From: Lophium mytilinum
Taxonomy: Eukaryota
Reading direction: 5' to 3'
NCBI GenBank assembly: GCA_010093605.1
Contig: MU004181.1
Location: 3,100,001-3,164,000, forward strand
DNA: 64,000 nt
This document shows, in pieces, positions 37,073-48,541 of this stretch (the first letter of the stretch is position 1; every line of letters begins with the position of its first letter). The notes under the pieces were generated by a model that saw only the letters and a program-made list of their open reading frames with translations, searched no databases and was not told where the DNA came from. The translations under genes were made by a program, and so were the position numbers.

Positions 37073-37277
37073 CAACACCTTCTCACGTCCGGTGACCTAG
37101 CATCAAAATGAAGCCACATAATTACCGTATAGGGTAACAATTCCGGACGCCTCTAGGGGGGAAAAACAGCTACCTGGCCAACAAATCTTCAAGTAGGCTC
37201 ACTATTAGCCCGTAAAAGGAGGTTTACAGGGGTCGATTCAGTTTCCACGCTAGGTCACCGGACGTGAGAAGGTGCTG
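37073..37277. mobile_element. Tc1/mariner-type MITE (205 bp)
   Basis: 29-bp TIRs CA(A/G)CACCTTCTCACGTCCGGTGACCTAGC (37073-37101, 37249-37277; one mismatch), flanked by TA on both sides (37071-37072, 37278-37279). Confidence 0.85.
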
Positions 37278-39561
37278 TACAACACCGGAGTCAGACTGAA
37301 GCTAAAGGCGCGGAGATATCGGATCCGAACGGATGACTGAGCACATAACGTCCTCTCCCGGTAAGGTGGTAGTCACTCATTACCCTGGCTAGGACGTTCC
37401 ATAAGATAGCGTGAGGGCTACTGAATGCCTTTGAGATTTTGGCGGTGCTTAAGTATAGTCCACAGGTAGCGGTGGTTGGAGAGAGAGGAGCCGGTGAGGT
37501 GGTTTGAGGCTGAGCAAGCTTATGCGTGCTCAGCGGGAGGGGGGTCAGTGCGCAGTGGCATGCCGCGTGGACGACCGATGGTCGTATTAGCTAGCATACA
37601 TCTAAAATAGAAACGGCTGAGTTGTTCCTTCGCATGGGGAGGATTGAGACTTGGCAGTGCAAAGCCTTTGGTGAGTGGGCTGGCGTGTAGAGAAGGGAAG
37701 AAGAGTTACTGGGACGTTTTGGCGTAGGACCAATGAGTGATGGCTTTGGAGGCCTGAGCTGGGCCTGCTGGTAAGATTCTGCAAGTGTTAATCTTACGCC
37801 CGTCAGAAAGTGAAGCTGATCAATCATTCTGTCTTTCGTATTACTCTCCGCCCTAATTACGCCAAGCCCTGAGGGCATGGAGCACCGAACTCCTCTCTCC
37901 TTTAGACCCCACCCCTCAAAGCTCTGGCACAGAAATCTCACACTTCCGCTTTCTTGGCAGAGGCATTGTTAGCGTAGCATTGATGCGGCGAAGAGAGTAC
38001 GCATCTAAATTCTGATGCTGATTTCATCTGTGCGTGGCACGATTCAATGAGCCCAACCGAATGACTGGAGTTGCGACACGAGATGACAACATCGAGCGGT
38101 AGGCCGATGAATAAAACAGTTCAGCCCTTCCGTCCGTAGCCCGTTGGCTGAAGAAGTAGCCCGGGGTGGACTAACGTGATGGCAAAGTTGTGACGTGGAT
38201 GGCCTAATCGTCGCGAGGCGGAGTACATGAGGCGGGCGAAGATGACTGCAAATTGGACCTGGCTTGGTGGAGGTGTGAAACGCGGTATAAGCAGCGTTGG
38301 AGTAAAGATAGCGGCGGTTATGGATATGGAAGTGTGACGCACGAGGACAATACACTGAAGGAAACAGCGCGTTGCCCAATGAGAAAGACAGTGGTTGCTC
38401 TGTGATCCTTGGCAGCGGCATGGAATCAAATCGTAGGGCTAGTGAGCGGGCCGCATCCCAGGAAGCTGCTGCAGAGCCTAGAGGCAACTTATGCATATTG
38501 TAGAGGTTTGAGGATAGCAGGAAAGCACAAACGGGATCATCCACGTATTTTAGCCTAGTCCATAGCTCGGAACAAACATCATAGAAGCGAATTAGAACGG
38601 TGATTGGTCTAACAAGAAGGCTCCTAAAAGAGTGTGAGGAAAGCGAGGCGAAGCCCCGAGGCCTTGCAGTCTACCATTCATGTGTGCATAGTACAAAGTG
38701 ATACAGTCGTTGGTAACGTCTATAGATAATAAAGGAAAGAACAGCGGTCATGTCAAACTTATTGCCTTTCCCGCCTATATCCTGCCGCCTTGCCCAGTCA
38801 AACACCTCGCCGGATGCAACCATAATATCCCTGCCCGATGCAATGATTTGACGGAAAAAACGCTGCAAAATCACCAGCCGTAATGAGATTTAGATCAACA
38901 AGGAAATATGAGCGAATTATTAGATACGCACTCCCCTCGATAGAGGAGGGACGTAATGTGGCAAAGATGAGTACGAACCGAGAGAAACGCCGCGTAATGC
39001 TGAGGAATCCTATACCTAATCCCGGGGCTGCCTCCGCGGCCTGTTCCTCCTGGGCATCCGCGCGTGCCGCGCTGCCACGTGCTGTCCTGACGCCGTGATA
39101 CGATGATGTGATGCGAAACGAAACGAGATAGAGCAAACGTAGGAGAGAGAAAGAGAGGCACAACAAGGAGCAACCAGCGCCTAACCGCAGGGATGCTGTG
39201 CCGATGCACGTCACCGAGTCGGAGTGCAGTGAGAGGGCTGCCAAGATGCCATGCGCCTTGACGCCAAACAAGAGGATGTCGGTGGCACAGCGCTGCAGGC
39301 AACCGATGGCGCGAGGATGTTTGCGAGGCCTCTCTCCCGTGTGGGGGGCACGCATCGAGGCGTCAAGTCATCGGGTGCGCTTGGCAAGGCGAAATGTAGA
39401 GAGAGGGTGCTGGTGGAGGTCGGATGCCGCTAGAGAGAATGTGGGCTGGCGTTGTCGGGCGCATGATCAGCAGGGCGATCAGCCGGGACGTGCAGCACAC
39501 CCTTTCCACCCTGTCGGCCCCACGCCCAACACCCTCACAACACCCTCGCCCTCGGTGCTGC

Positions 39562-41788
39562 TCATGCGTGTGAAGTCCGCTGACCATATCGCTGATAGGC
39601 CTCGCTGCCCGGTGCATGGCCCGCGTCGGATGCAGAGCCTGGACGTTGCAGTGATTGTGTCGTCGGCAGCGGCGCCGAAGCAGGGCTGTCCAGATACCCG
39701 CCGTACTCCCATGCGCTGCGGCCCGTCGAGTATGGGAAATTGGGTGCTGCATGCGCTACCGGTAGATGCGCGCTTGCCGGCCATGGGCTCAGGCCTTGGA
39801 GGCTCGGCGCCAGCTGGGGAACCGATACTGGCAGCTCCGTCGGCAGGCCACCTGACACGCCCAGGCCTGCTGATGCTTTGCTCTTGGGAGAGTGCAGCTT
39901 TGCCAGCGGCAGGCCCGTCGCGTACGCCAGGGGCCCCGAGGAGCTGGCGACTGAGCGTGGAGACGTGTTGCGATGGAGGTCGTTGGACTCGAGCGCCCCC
40001 GCCGTCGACGAGTAGCTGGCAGACTGTGACGTGTTAGCTGCATGCAGCCCATGAGTCTATTGCACATACATATTTACTGATAATCTTCTTGAGCGCATGC
40101 GCGAGGATCTTCCACGGGAAAACCTTGACGTCCTTCTCAATGTTGCGCGGCTTAGGGTTAGGGAAGCCCATGATGACTTTGAAGAACTCCTCACTGTCCA
40201 CCTTGGTTTTGGACACTGTCGCTGGCCGGAACCCTTCCAAGTTGCGTCGGATGCGATTCTTCTCCTCCACCGTAAACCTCACGCCCACCAGCGATTCGAG
40301 AAGGAAGATGGTGTCCACGCTGGTGATGTAGCACTCATTCTTCTCCTCCCACCAGATGCAGCTGACACAGATGCTGTTGGGCGAGCGTTGTTCTGGTGAT
40401 ACTGGCTCGAACGTTGTCGTTATCGTGCTCCCTGACTGGCTTCTTCGGAACTGAACCAGGCGTCGTTTGGTGTCTCGTTCGTCTAGGCTCCATTTGTCAA
40501 GGTCGCCCATCTTCTCCAAGTCCCCATCGATCTTCAGTATCGCCTTTGAGTTCGGGTACATTAAGTAAGGATTGAAGGCCTGAGGATGCGAAGGCCCCGG
40601 CGTGCCTCTGTTGCTGGGAACCTGGATAGTAGACGTCCGAATCAGTTGCGGGTTCGCGAGGCTAGCAGGAGATGGCATGGCTGGCGTTCTGGCTGGAGTT
40701 GCTGCAAGAGATGCCGGACTACGACGCGGCTGAGTAACGGTAGAGTAGGGACTGTACGAGGGCATGTTCGGCGACTGTGCCTTGATATTCTGCGAGTAGT
40801 TCATTCCTCCTGGATGGATATAAGATTGAGTCTGCTGCGGTTGCACTCTCTCGTAGCCAGTTGAATATAGCCCACTCGGGAGCGAAGGCTGGAGATACGG
40901 CGTGACTGGCGACGGCGAGCCATGTCCAGTAGCGTAGCCTCCGGCGGTCTCCCTAGGTTTCGAATAGAGGCGCTGTGACGAGATGCGCTTCGGCTCTGGT
41001 CTGATGTAGTCTTCCGATTCGCCTGAGTACTTGCGCTTTCGCGGAACGTCTTGCACGGGATTGTACGAGTTGTACGAGGCAGCAAGGTCCGAGTAAGTGA
41101 AATCACCGACTTCAACGACGTCGTACTCGCGGCCATAGGCATCTTCGATCTTCATTTGCAGTCGGACCTGGTTATCGAGAAGGGAATTCGTCGACAACGG
41201 AGGCGATGGAATTTCTGTGGTCGTCGAGTAGAAGTAGTAGTTATCCGATTGCGTAACTTTCATCTGGCTCGTCTCGCACCGCTTGGTGCCAAACATGATG
41301 GTGTAGAAGTAGATGTTGGTCTGGCTGGTGAGTTCCCATCTGCTTCTCAGATTAATGGTGAACTTTTCTCCTGCAACACCTTTAGTAGGATGATACGACG
41401 TAATTTCCGGCGGAGGTCCAGGGAGTTGCAGTGAACGAGATGACGCATCAATAAATGGAAAGGCAGCTGGATAGCTGCTTGAGCCGCGTGACTCGTAGCC
41501 CGAAATGGGAATGTAGGGCATCTCTACGCTCGAGGGCTCATGGGATGCCCTCGCCTGCGCGTCGGTGTATTGCGAGGCGAAAGGCTGTGTAAAGCTAGCA
41601 TAGCTTGGGTCTTGGTTTGGTCGTGTGGCTGCGGCGTCTAAAAGAGGGTGTCAGTCAAACCTAGTCTCACGTGTGCCTGACCCGGGGCCATCCGACCGAA
41701 CGGGGTCTTCTGCCTCGCACACTCGTCATCTGCACCATACATACGTACCGTAGAGATAGGGTTCCTGCGACTTTTCGTAACTAGACAT
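39562..41788 (-). CDS. medA: Medusa/MedA (Ren1/Acr1/ACON-3 family) developmental regulator
   Basis: Conserved core RRLVQFRRSQSGS, ICVSCIWW, TSVDTIFLLE, EEKNRIRRNLEGF, PKPRNIEKDVKVFPW. Introns 41748-41638 and about 40069-40025. AUG form starts at 41788; a probable upstream extension to CTG 42069 is described in findings. Confidence 0.93.
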
Positions 41789-44700
41789 GGACAGTGTGGC
41801 AGACAGCCCGGATAAAGTCAGAGGACCACTTTCGTAGTCTTGACCACACTGCAACAACAACGACTCGGTAGAGTCACAGTCTTCGCCTACAATGAAGGGC
41901 GCTTTCACACTCCTTTCAGGCTGCGGTCCCGACACGAGGTTAGCAGGCAACTTAGTGGTGGCGGCGGCAACGCAGGCAGCAGCATGGTGTATGGGGCGGA
42001 GTGCGGCATTGCCTCTGGTAGGATGGGAACAGCACGTACCTGAAAGCGAGCACTGGCGATGCAGGCCAGCTTGACGGTATTTCGAAGGTTTGAGGTTGTC
42101 GTGAGGCAGTGATGCTCGGACTGCACCGCCTGGACGAAACGTCTCGCGGAGCGCAGTGAACTTGAGAAGGATCCACAAATGTGGGAAACTGTCTCTCGGA
42201 GTAGGAGCAAAGACACACGGCCGGGCAAACTCGACTGCTCCAAGCATACGATGACAGTCTGACTTCAAGATGGTGGGAGAGCACAGTGGGACTCGTGACA
42301 CTTGTAGGTGACGATGAGACCCCGTCGACAGACAGACGAGAGCAGTTCTCACAGTAAAGAATCATTCGGGAGAGATTGCAGGGGCCTTTGAGAGCTCAGG
42401 TTCCTTTGAGGTGAGTCGGCTGTCTCGCGCACAGGATGCTTCCGTCGCGTAGAAATGCGCGGTTTCGGGAAGGCGAGGGACTTCGCCAGTAGAACAAGAT
42501 TGATTCAGCGCAGCAACCTGTCTGGAATGAGAATGATAGATGCAAAGCGGTCTACCGCGCATGGCTGCAGACGCGCCTGGACGTGCTCACCTGGGAAACA
42601 AAGAGTTCAGAAACATTCGCGCTGGGGGCGGGCCGTGGTGGTGAGGCTGGGCGGCAATCTTGCGGGACGGTGGAGCACTAGACCGGTGCGGAGAGAAGTG
42701 TTATTACAGCGGTAGCGTTCCCGGAACTATGGCAGCGCGTGAGATTGGCGGAACCGGATGACGACGATCGGCAGACATGCAAGGAAGTGCAGGCCGACTC
42801 ACCTTTGAGGACCTTCAGACGTCTGGGAGCAGCTCGAACCGTCGGCCTGGTATTCTGGTATTCTGGGGCAGCGGGCAGTGGCAGACGGAGGCCTGAAACT
42901 AAGGACCTGCAGTGTGCAGAGGCTGTGGTGGAGGTGAGGGTTGAGCTCGACCCGGGTCACCGTAAGGCGCAGCGTCAGCGCTCACGGGCCGCAAAGGTCC
43001 CCAGTGGACGCGACCGGGGAAGCGGACAGCTCGCTCTGCCAGTTTGGTTTGGGGGAGAGGCGTCTGCTGGAGAGCGGTGCCTGGCAGGCTGAGGGCTCCC
43101 AGACAGCAACAGAGCGCTGGAACACTAGGCTGGCTCGCGGGCGGTCGAGCAGCAGGCTTCAGCAAGAATGCACACAGAGGCCGGCCACAGCGCTGAGTCA
43201 CAATCCAAGGGCGGCGAGGAGGGCGAGGGCGAGGTTGCAAACGAAGGACGCAGCGGATAGCGAGAGCTACGGCGAAAGCGAGAGTTGGAGGGCCGGCAAG
43301 ACAGCGTGGGAGCAGAAAGGGCAGCCAAACTGGGGCGACGGCGGGGACGAGATATAGAGCCGCAGCGGAAACATCAGCGAGCACTGCTTGCATGGCGGGT
43401 GTGCTTCGCGGCCGTGCAAGACGGTGACGCTGCGCCATTCAGCAGCTGGAGAGGGCGTCTCCGGCGCTGACTGGCCAGGGCCGGAGCCAGTGCACGTCTG
43501 CTAAGCATCTTGGTGCGGTCTGGGGCTTGGGGAGCCTTCGCTGCTTCGGGCAGCATGGCACTGACAGAAAGGGAGAGGCTGCTGAGGTTGCGAGTGCGGC
43601 TGCGAGTGGCAGCCCAGGTGGGCCGAAGCGAATGTGGTGAGCGACGGCCGCGCGGGCCCTAGCGTTGATGGCTGCTATTCTGGGCGTGGCTTGCATGCAA
43701 CCTTAATTCGAGTCCTGGACCCGGGACTACACCACTGCGAATGACGACGCCAGACGACAGCAGCGCAGGCCCAGTATCACCGTGGCCTCACGACTAGCCT
43801 TACGGGGTGGTATAGCGCTCACTTCGACCGCTTTCTCACCACGCCCACACGCTCACGGCATCACGAGTCGCCGCCGTGGCCACGCTGAGCACGCTGCGGC
43901 GGCAAACCAACCACGGCGCGGGCTCCAGCACGCTGGGGCGGGCCGAGAATTAGTTCTGTACGAAGGTACGAGCGCCCCGCTGTGTTTGCTGGCTCCGCTC
44001 TGCCTTCCGCCGGCTTCCTCTCCTCCCGCCGCCTCCCGCCTCCTATCGCAGCCGGGCTGGAGGGCTTCCAAGCTTCCTCTCCACGGCATCCCGGGTGCGC
44101 GTCTCGGGCTGGCCTTGCAGAGGGAGGGGCTGCCGGTCATCGACGCCTGCATGCTGCGACAGCGACGTCGGAAATCCGCCGCCGCTCCACCTACGTCCCT
44201 TGCGCATCAGCACGCACTGTAATGGCCGTCGTTATTCTTAGCAGCTGATGCCGCCGTAGCACGCCGGGTCCCTCCGTGTTGAGGGCGGGCTACGAGGCCG
44301 GTGCGGCTGTGTCGATCGCCCGCCGGGGACGAGGCCTACCTTATGCGCTGGGCGTTTGGCTTGCAGCATCGCCACGCTACCATCTCAGGCCAGGGACATT
44401 TATGCAGCCAGGGCCGCTAATCGGGCAGCGAGATGCATGTCCCTGGGAATCGCGGCTCCGGCCCAGCTTTGGCTTCTTCTACGACTGCTTCTTCGGACGA
44501 GCCTCCTCTGTCTACCCTGGATACATCAGTCTAGAGATGGCTTCCTGGCCCGGACCGTCCTCCTTTCCAATGTCCATGTGTCAACGAAATGTTCGAAACG
44601 CTCCCCTTCCGCCCGTAGCGCCCGCCCTCCAATACCGACCCGATCAGACTGCCCTTATGCAGGCACATCCGCCTCACGCCTCACTCGCCTGATGCCACCC

Positions 44701-47294
44701 GCGCAAACCCCCGCGTGCTCCACCAACACCAGCGCGGCGAGTGAAACGGCGATGCTGCACGCCGCAAATCATAAGAGCCGCTGTCGCCGTCTGGTTTGCC
44801 GCCTCCAACCTCACCTGGTCTTCCCTCCTCGCCGTCCCTCGGCTCTGCGACGCGCTCTCACCACCACGTCGCCGGCAAGCGTCCAAAGAAGTGGAGCACG
44901 AGGCCAAGGCAAGATTCGCAATTGCGAGCCGACTTTGACGACCGATTGAGGTGTGTTCTAGTGTTGGCTGCTGGGTCGCCTCCCGCTTCCGTGCATCACC
45001 TCGGCCACCGTCTCCCTCTCCATTCATTGTGCTTGATAATTCTCTTCCTGCGCGCCGACTTCAGGATCCCCTTCCCAAGTGCGCTTTTCAGCTGTCGTGA
45101 CCGCCCTAAGCGGTCCATCGGTCCTCGTCAATCCCAACGCCCGCGCGCGATCGGGCCCTCTGGGGCCAGTCAGACAAGCCTACAGCACAATCATCTCTAC
45201 GCCTCATGCTGTTACTAACCCCGCGCCGTCGGCTATCGTCGACTCCGGCAGCAGAGTGCATCTGTGGCGTCCGATGGGATGGGTCACTAGCCTCGCGCAC
45301 CCAATCCAGGATTCAACACCATGGATCTGGGATTGTCGTCGCCGCATCAGGGGCAGGCCGTGCATGGGCCGGTATCATCACCTGTGGCTATCCGTTGGCT
45401 GGGAGCTGTAAGTACTGTGGGATTGCATATGCACTCATCGCCCTCGATAATCACGCAGCGATCGATCAATCTATTGCCGTGTGCATGGCCACTACGAGCA
45501 CAGCGCCCTCTGCGGGCGAATCTCTCGTCGTGCCAGCACAAGTGCTTCAGCCTGTGCAACGACGGAGCTTGCAGCCCAGAGGCTTCCCCTTGCGACTGGG
45601 TGTCATACTGGCACATTCTCTCCGTCGCACACACTACCACCACGGCGTCCTCGTACTGTAACGTCGGCGGCCACCCAATCGCCAGCGCCCGCTCGGCGTG
45701 CTCCAGCTTGACATGCGACGCCGTCCTGTCAGGCACTTCTCCTGGAGAGGCGGGGTGCCGTGCGGGAACAGCTTCTGCGCATTGGCATTCTCGTTCACCG
45801 GAGACCATCCGTACGCAGTCCGGGACCACAGCGCCGTCTTTGTGTCGATCCGGGCACCATAGTCCGTCATTTCTCGTCGAGCTCAACAGTACGAAAAGCA
45901 TCAGACAGAGAATTCCTGGTTCTTGGGAAGTCTTGCTGCACCTGCACACTCTTCCGAAAGCATCGCCGATATCGCTCCCCCGTCGATTGCGTAGATATCG
46001 GGCCACTCTCCGCGCAAGACAACCCACCATCACTCATTCCAATGCTACTCACACCAGACTCTCCCGCTCTCTCTGTTGTCAGAAGACGTCTCAAGTGCCA
46101 TCATTCCGCCGTCTGAAGGGCTCGCACGTATCCACTTTGGCTGTGTGCGACGCCCTTGCAACCTGGCTCTTGGGTCCTGGCTGCATATCGTAACACGAGC
46201 GCTGGCCGATTTCTCACTGCACGCAAGGGTCGGAGCCCAGTGACCAGGGTTTGCGAAGCAATCAGCGGACAATCCGCTGTGGGGTCGCCTGGAATGTGAG
46301 ATTAAATCCGTATGAAACGGTGGGTACAACGGCCTGCATGAGCTCCTGGCGATTTTTCCTGGGTAGAGATCCCGAGGCGTTGGATGCAGTGGTTCCCTAC
46401 GGCAAGGTCGTGTATCGTGGGTGCATGTTTCCCGAATCAGGGGCTGTCAGGCTTACGCAATTGCCGGCTCCCGATGCTAGAGAGGAATGTGTAGTGTTCT
46501 GGAACTGCTGACAGCTGGGAGTGTTCACAAAGTGACATGATTGAGGAGAATAGTAAGGCACATGTTGAAGCTGACGAAATTGTGACTGAAAGAAGATACA
46601 TAGTAAGTGTTTCTTTCCAATTCACGGTCATTTCAATCCATCATTTCCAAGCGTGCCGCTCTAAGTTTCATCGTCGTGCAAGTATCCGCACAATGTATCA
46701 GCTAAGATGATCCACAAAAGTAAGTCGGTAACGGTAAATCTTCGAATCTTAGTTGTTTGAACAATCCTAATCTTTGAATGTGGTTTCGGATTCCCTTCCT
46801 GAGCTCCAGCGTTCCACGTTTCACAAATGGAACGCTTTAATTGGAACCTATTTTTTCTGTTGGAGCTCTATCATCTGCTGGTCTTCTACAACCAAATGTA
46901 GTCCTCAAGCACAATCAAAGATCAGTAAGTCATTGTGGGTTGGCCCAGGAGTGTATTAGGGTGACTAAAATGATACAACTGCGCTTGACTTTGTTCTACC
47001 TCGATTTACGAAATTCCGCCAAGGAACTCCATATAGTTGCAGATAGTCTTACATAAGACAAGGACAAGGCGCCGTACACACCGGCATCATAGCATGTTAT
47101 TGGTTTCATCAATTGGCTTGAATTTGCTTTCAAATTTGGTCATTGGGATACTGCAATAGGAAATCGCCTACCCCAATATCAGAATAAGTCTTGTCCACTT
47201 CAGTCTTTCAATCCTCGCTAGATCTCTGACGCATTCATTATTATGTATGGCCTCCATCAGATACCTACAACCATTCCAAATGTCAATATCTTTG

Positions 47295-47969
47295 TCAAAG
47301 CAAATGCCACCAATACCAGTTAAGCCGCCGCCTCCCGAACCTCCTCAACCTCCGGCCCATAACAACCCTACCTAGGTACTCGACTATCACACCCTTTCTA
47401 ACGAATCGCTTCTCCTTGTCCCTCTCCCGCATATCCCTCAGAATCAATAAACCCTCAAGCCTTAGACCGCAAAAACCCCTTCGCCACACCCAACCCCACC
47501 AGCCCACCACCCCCCGCCCCGTCTCTTCACTGGCCACAGCCCCATCCAATCGGAGGCTTGAAGCCCCTTAGCCTCCTCCCTCCTCGCATCCCCCGCACCA
47601 CAAGTCGCCATAACCCGCACCGCATCTGGCCTGACGTCCGGCGCCAAATCCGGCCAGCCACGAGGTCGGAGCGTCGATGATCCGGGCGATCGCTGCACGC
47701 GCTGCACATCGATGCGCGGCATCTACTGGCTGCATTGAGGCGGCTCGGCTATGGTTAGTCACGTCACGCTATTGGAACTGGGCGGGTCTGGCGCTCGATG
47801 CGGTACGCGACGATAACGTGCGAGAGGGATGAGGTGCGAGCGGGTCGGGCCTGCCGATGGGCTCGGGAGGTGGGTGTTGGGAAGGGGAGGACTGGGATTG
47901 TGAGCGATTTGTTAGAGGGAGGAGGGGGTTGGGGGGATTTGGAATGGTTGCCATGTGGGTTTGAGACAT
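47295..47969 (-). CDS. Possible small or degenerate hypothetical gene
   Basis: ATG 47969 in a good context (CACCATG) and a plausible intron GTACCG...CTAAC.ATAG. Downstream Cys/Arg-rich ORF pieces do not join into one convincing frame. Confidence 0.3.
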
Positions 47970-48541
47970 GGTGAGTTTCTAGGATTGCTGATGGCGGCTT
48001 GGTTAGGATGGGTGGTGGATGCTACCATCGTGTTGCCCCTCACGACATGCTTTCAGCTCTCAAAGCCCTCACGGACGCAATAGAAGCCAGTAGGCTCAGA
48101 AGCGAGACTACGCGAACGACACCCTCCAATTATTAGGTAGCTACAGTACACACGGGCATAGCCACAAAGCCGATACCAACCCGCCTTTTCCTATCTATCT
48201 TCAACACCCTCCCCCTTCCTCCCCTCATCTTCCTCCACGGGAGCAAAAGCAATACAAACAAAGAAAAAAGAACGCGAGAGCAGCCAGGCATCCGCCGATA
48301 TTAAAACTCAACGGAGGGTATAAGCCAGACCAAGAGATACCAAGAGAAACAATCCCAACCCATTCCCTCCATTTTCTTTTCCTAACCCCGTCCGATATTT
48401 CGATCGAAGAGGTCAATCCTGACCGTCCCATGCCCGACTAAGAATGTCTTCTTCGGCGCGGCCTTATCCCATCTTATACCATCCCATCCCATCCCACCCC
48501 ACCCCATCCCTAATACCACCCCCTTTCCCGTTCCCAACTCC

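Noticed and set aside
42739..46329. Many 60-290 aa ORFs on both strands
   Set aside because: Overlapping Arg/Ala/Pro-rich ORFs expected in GC-rich non-coding DNA; no domain signatures.
48470..48510. (CCATC)n-like microsatellite
   Set aside because: Short, imperfect simple repeat in a probable 3' UTR; ordinary.
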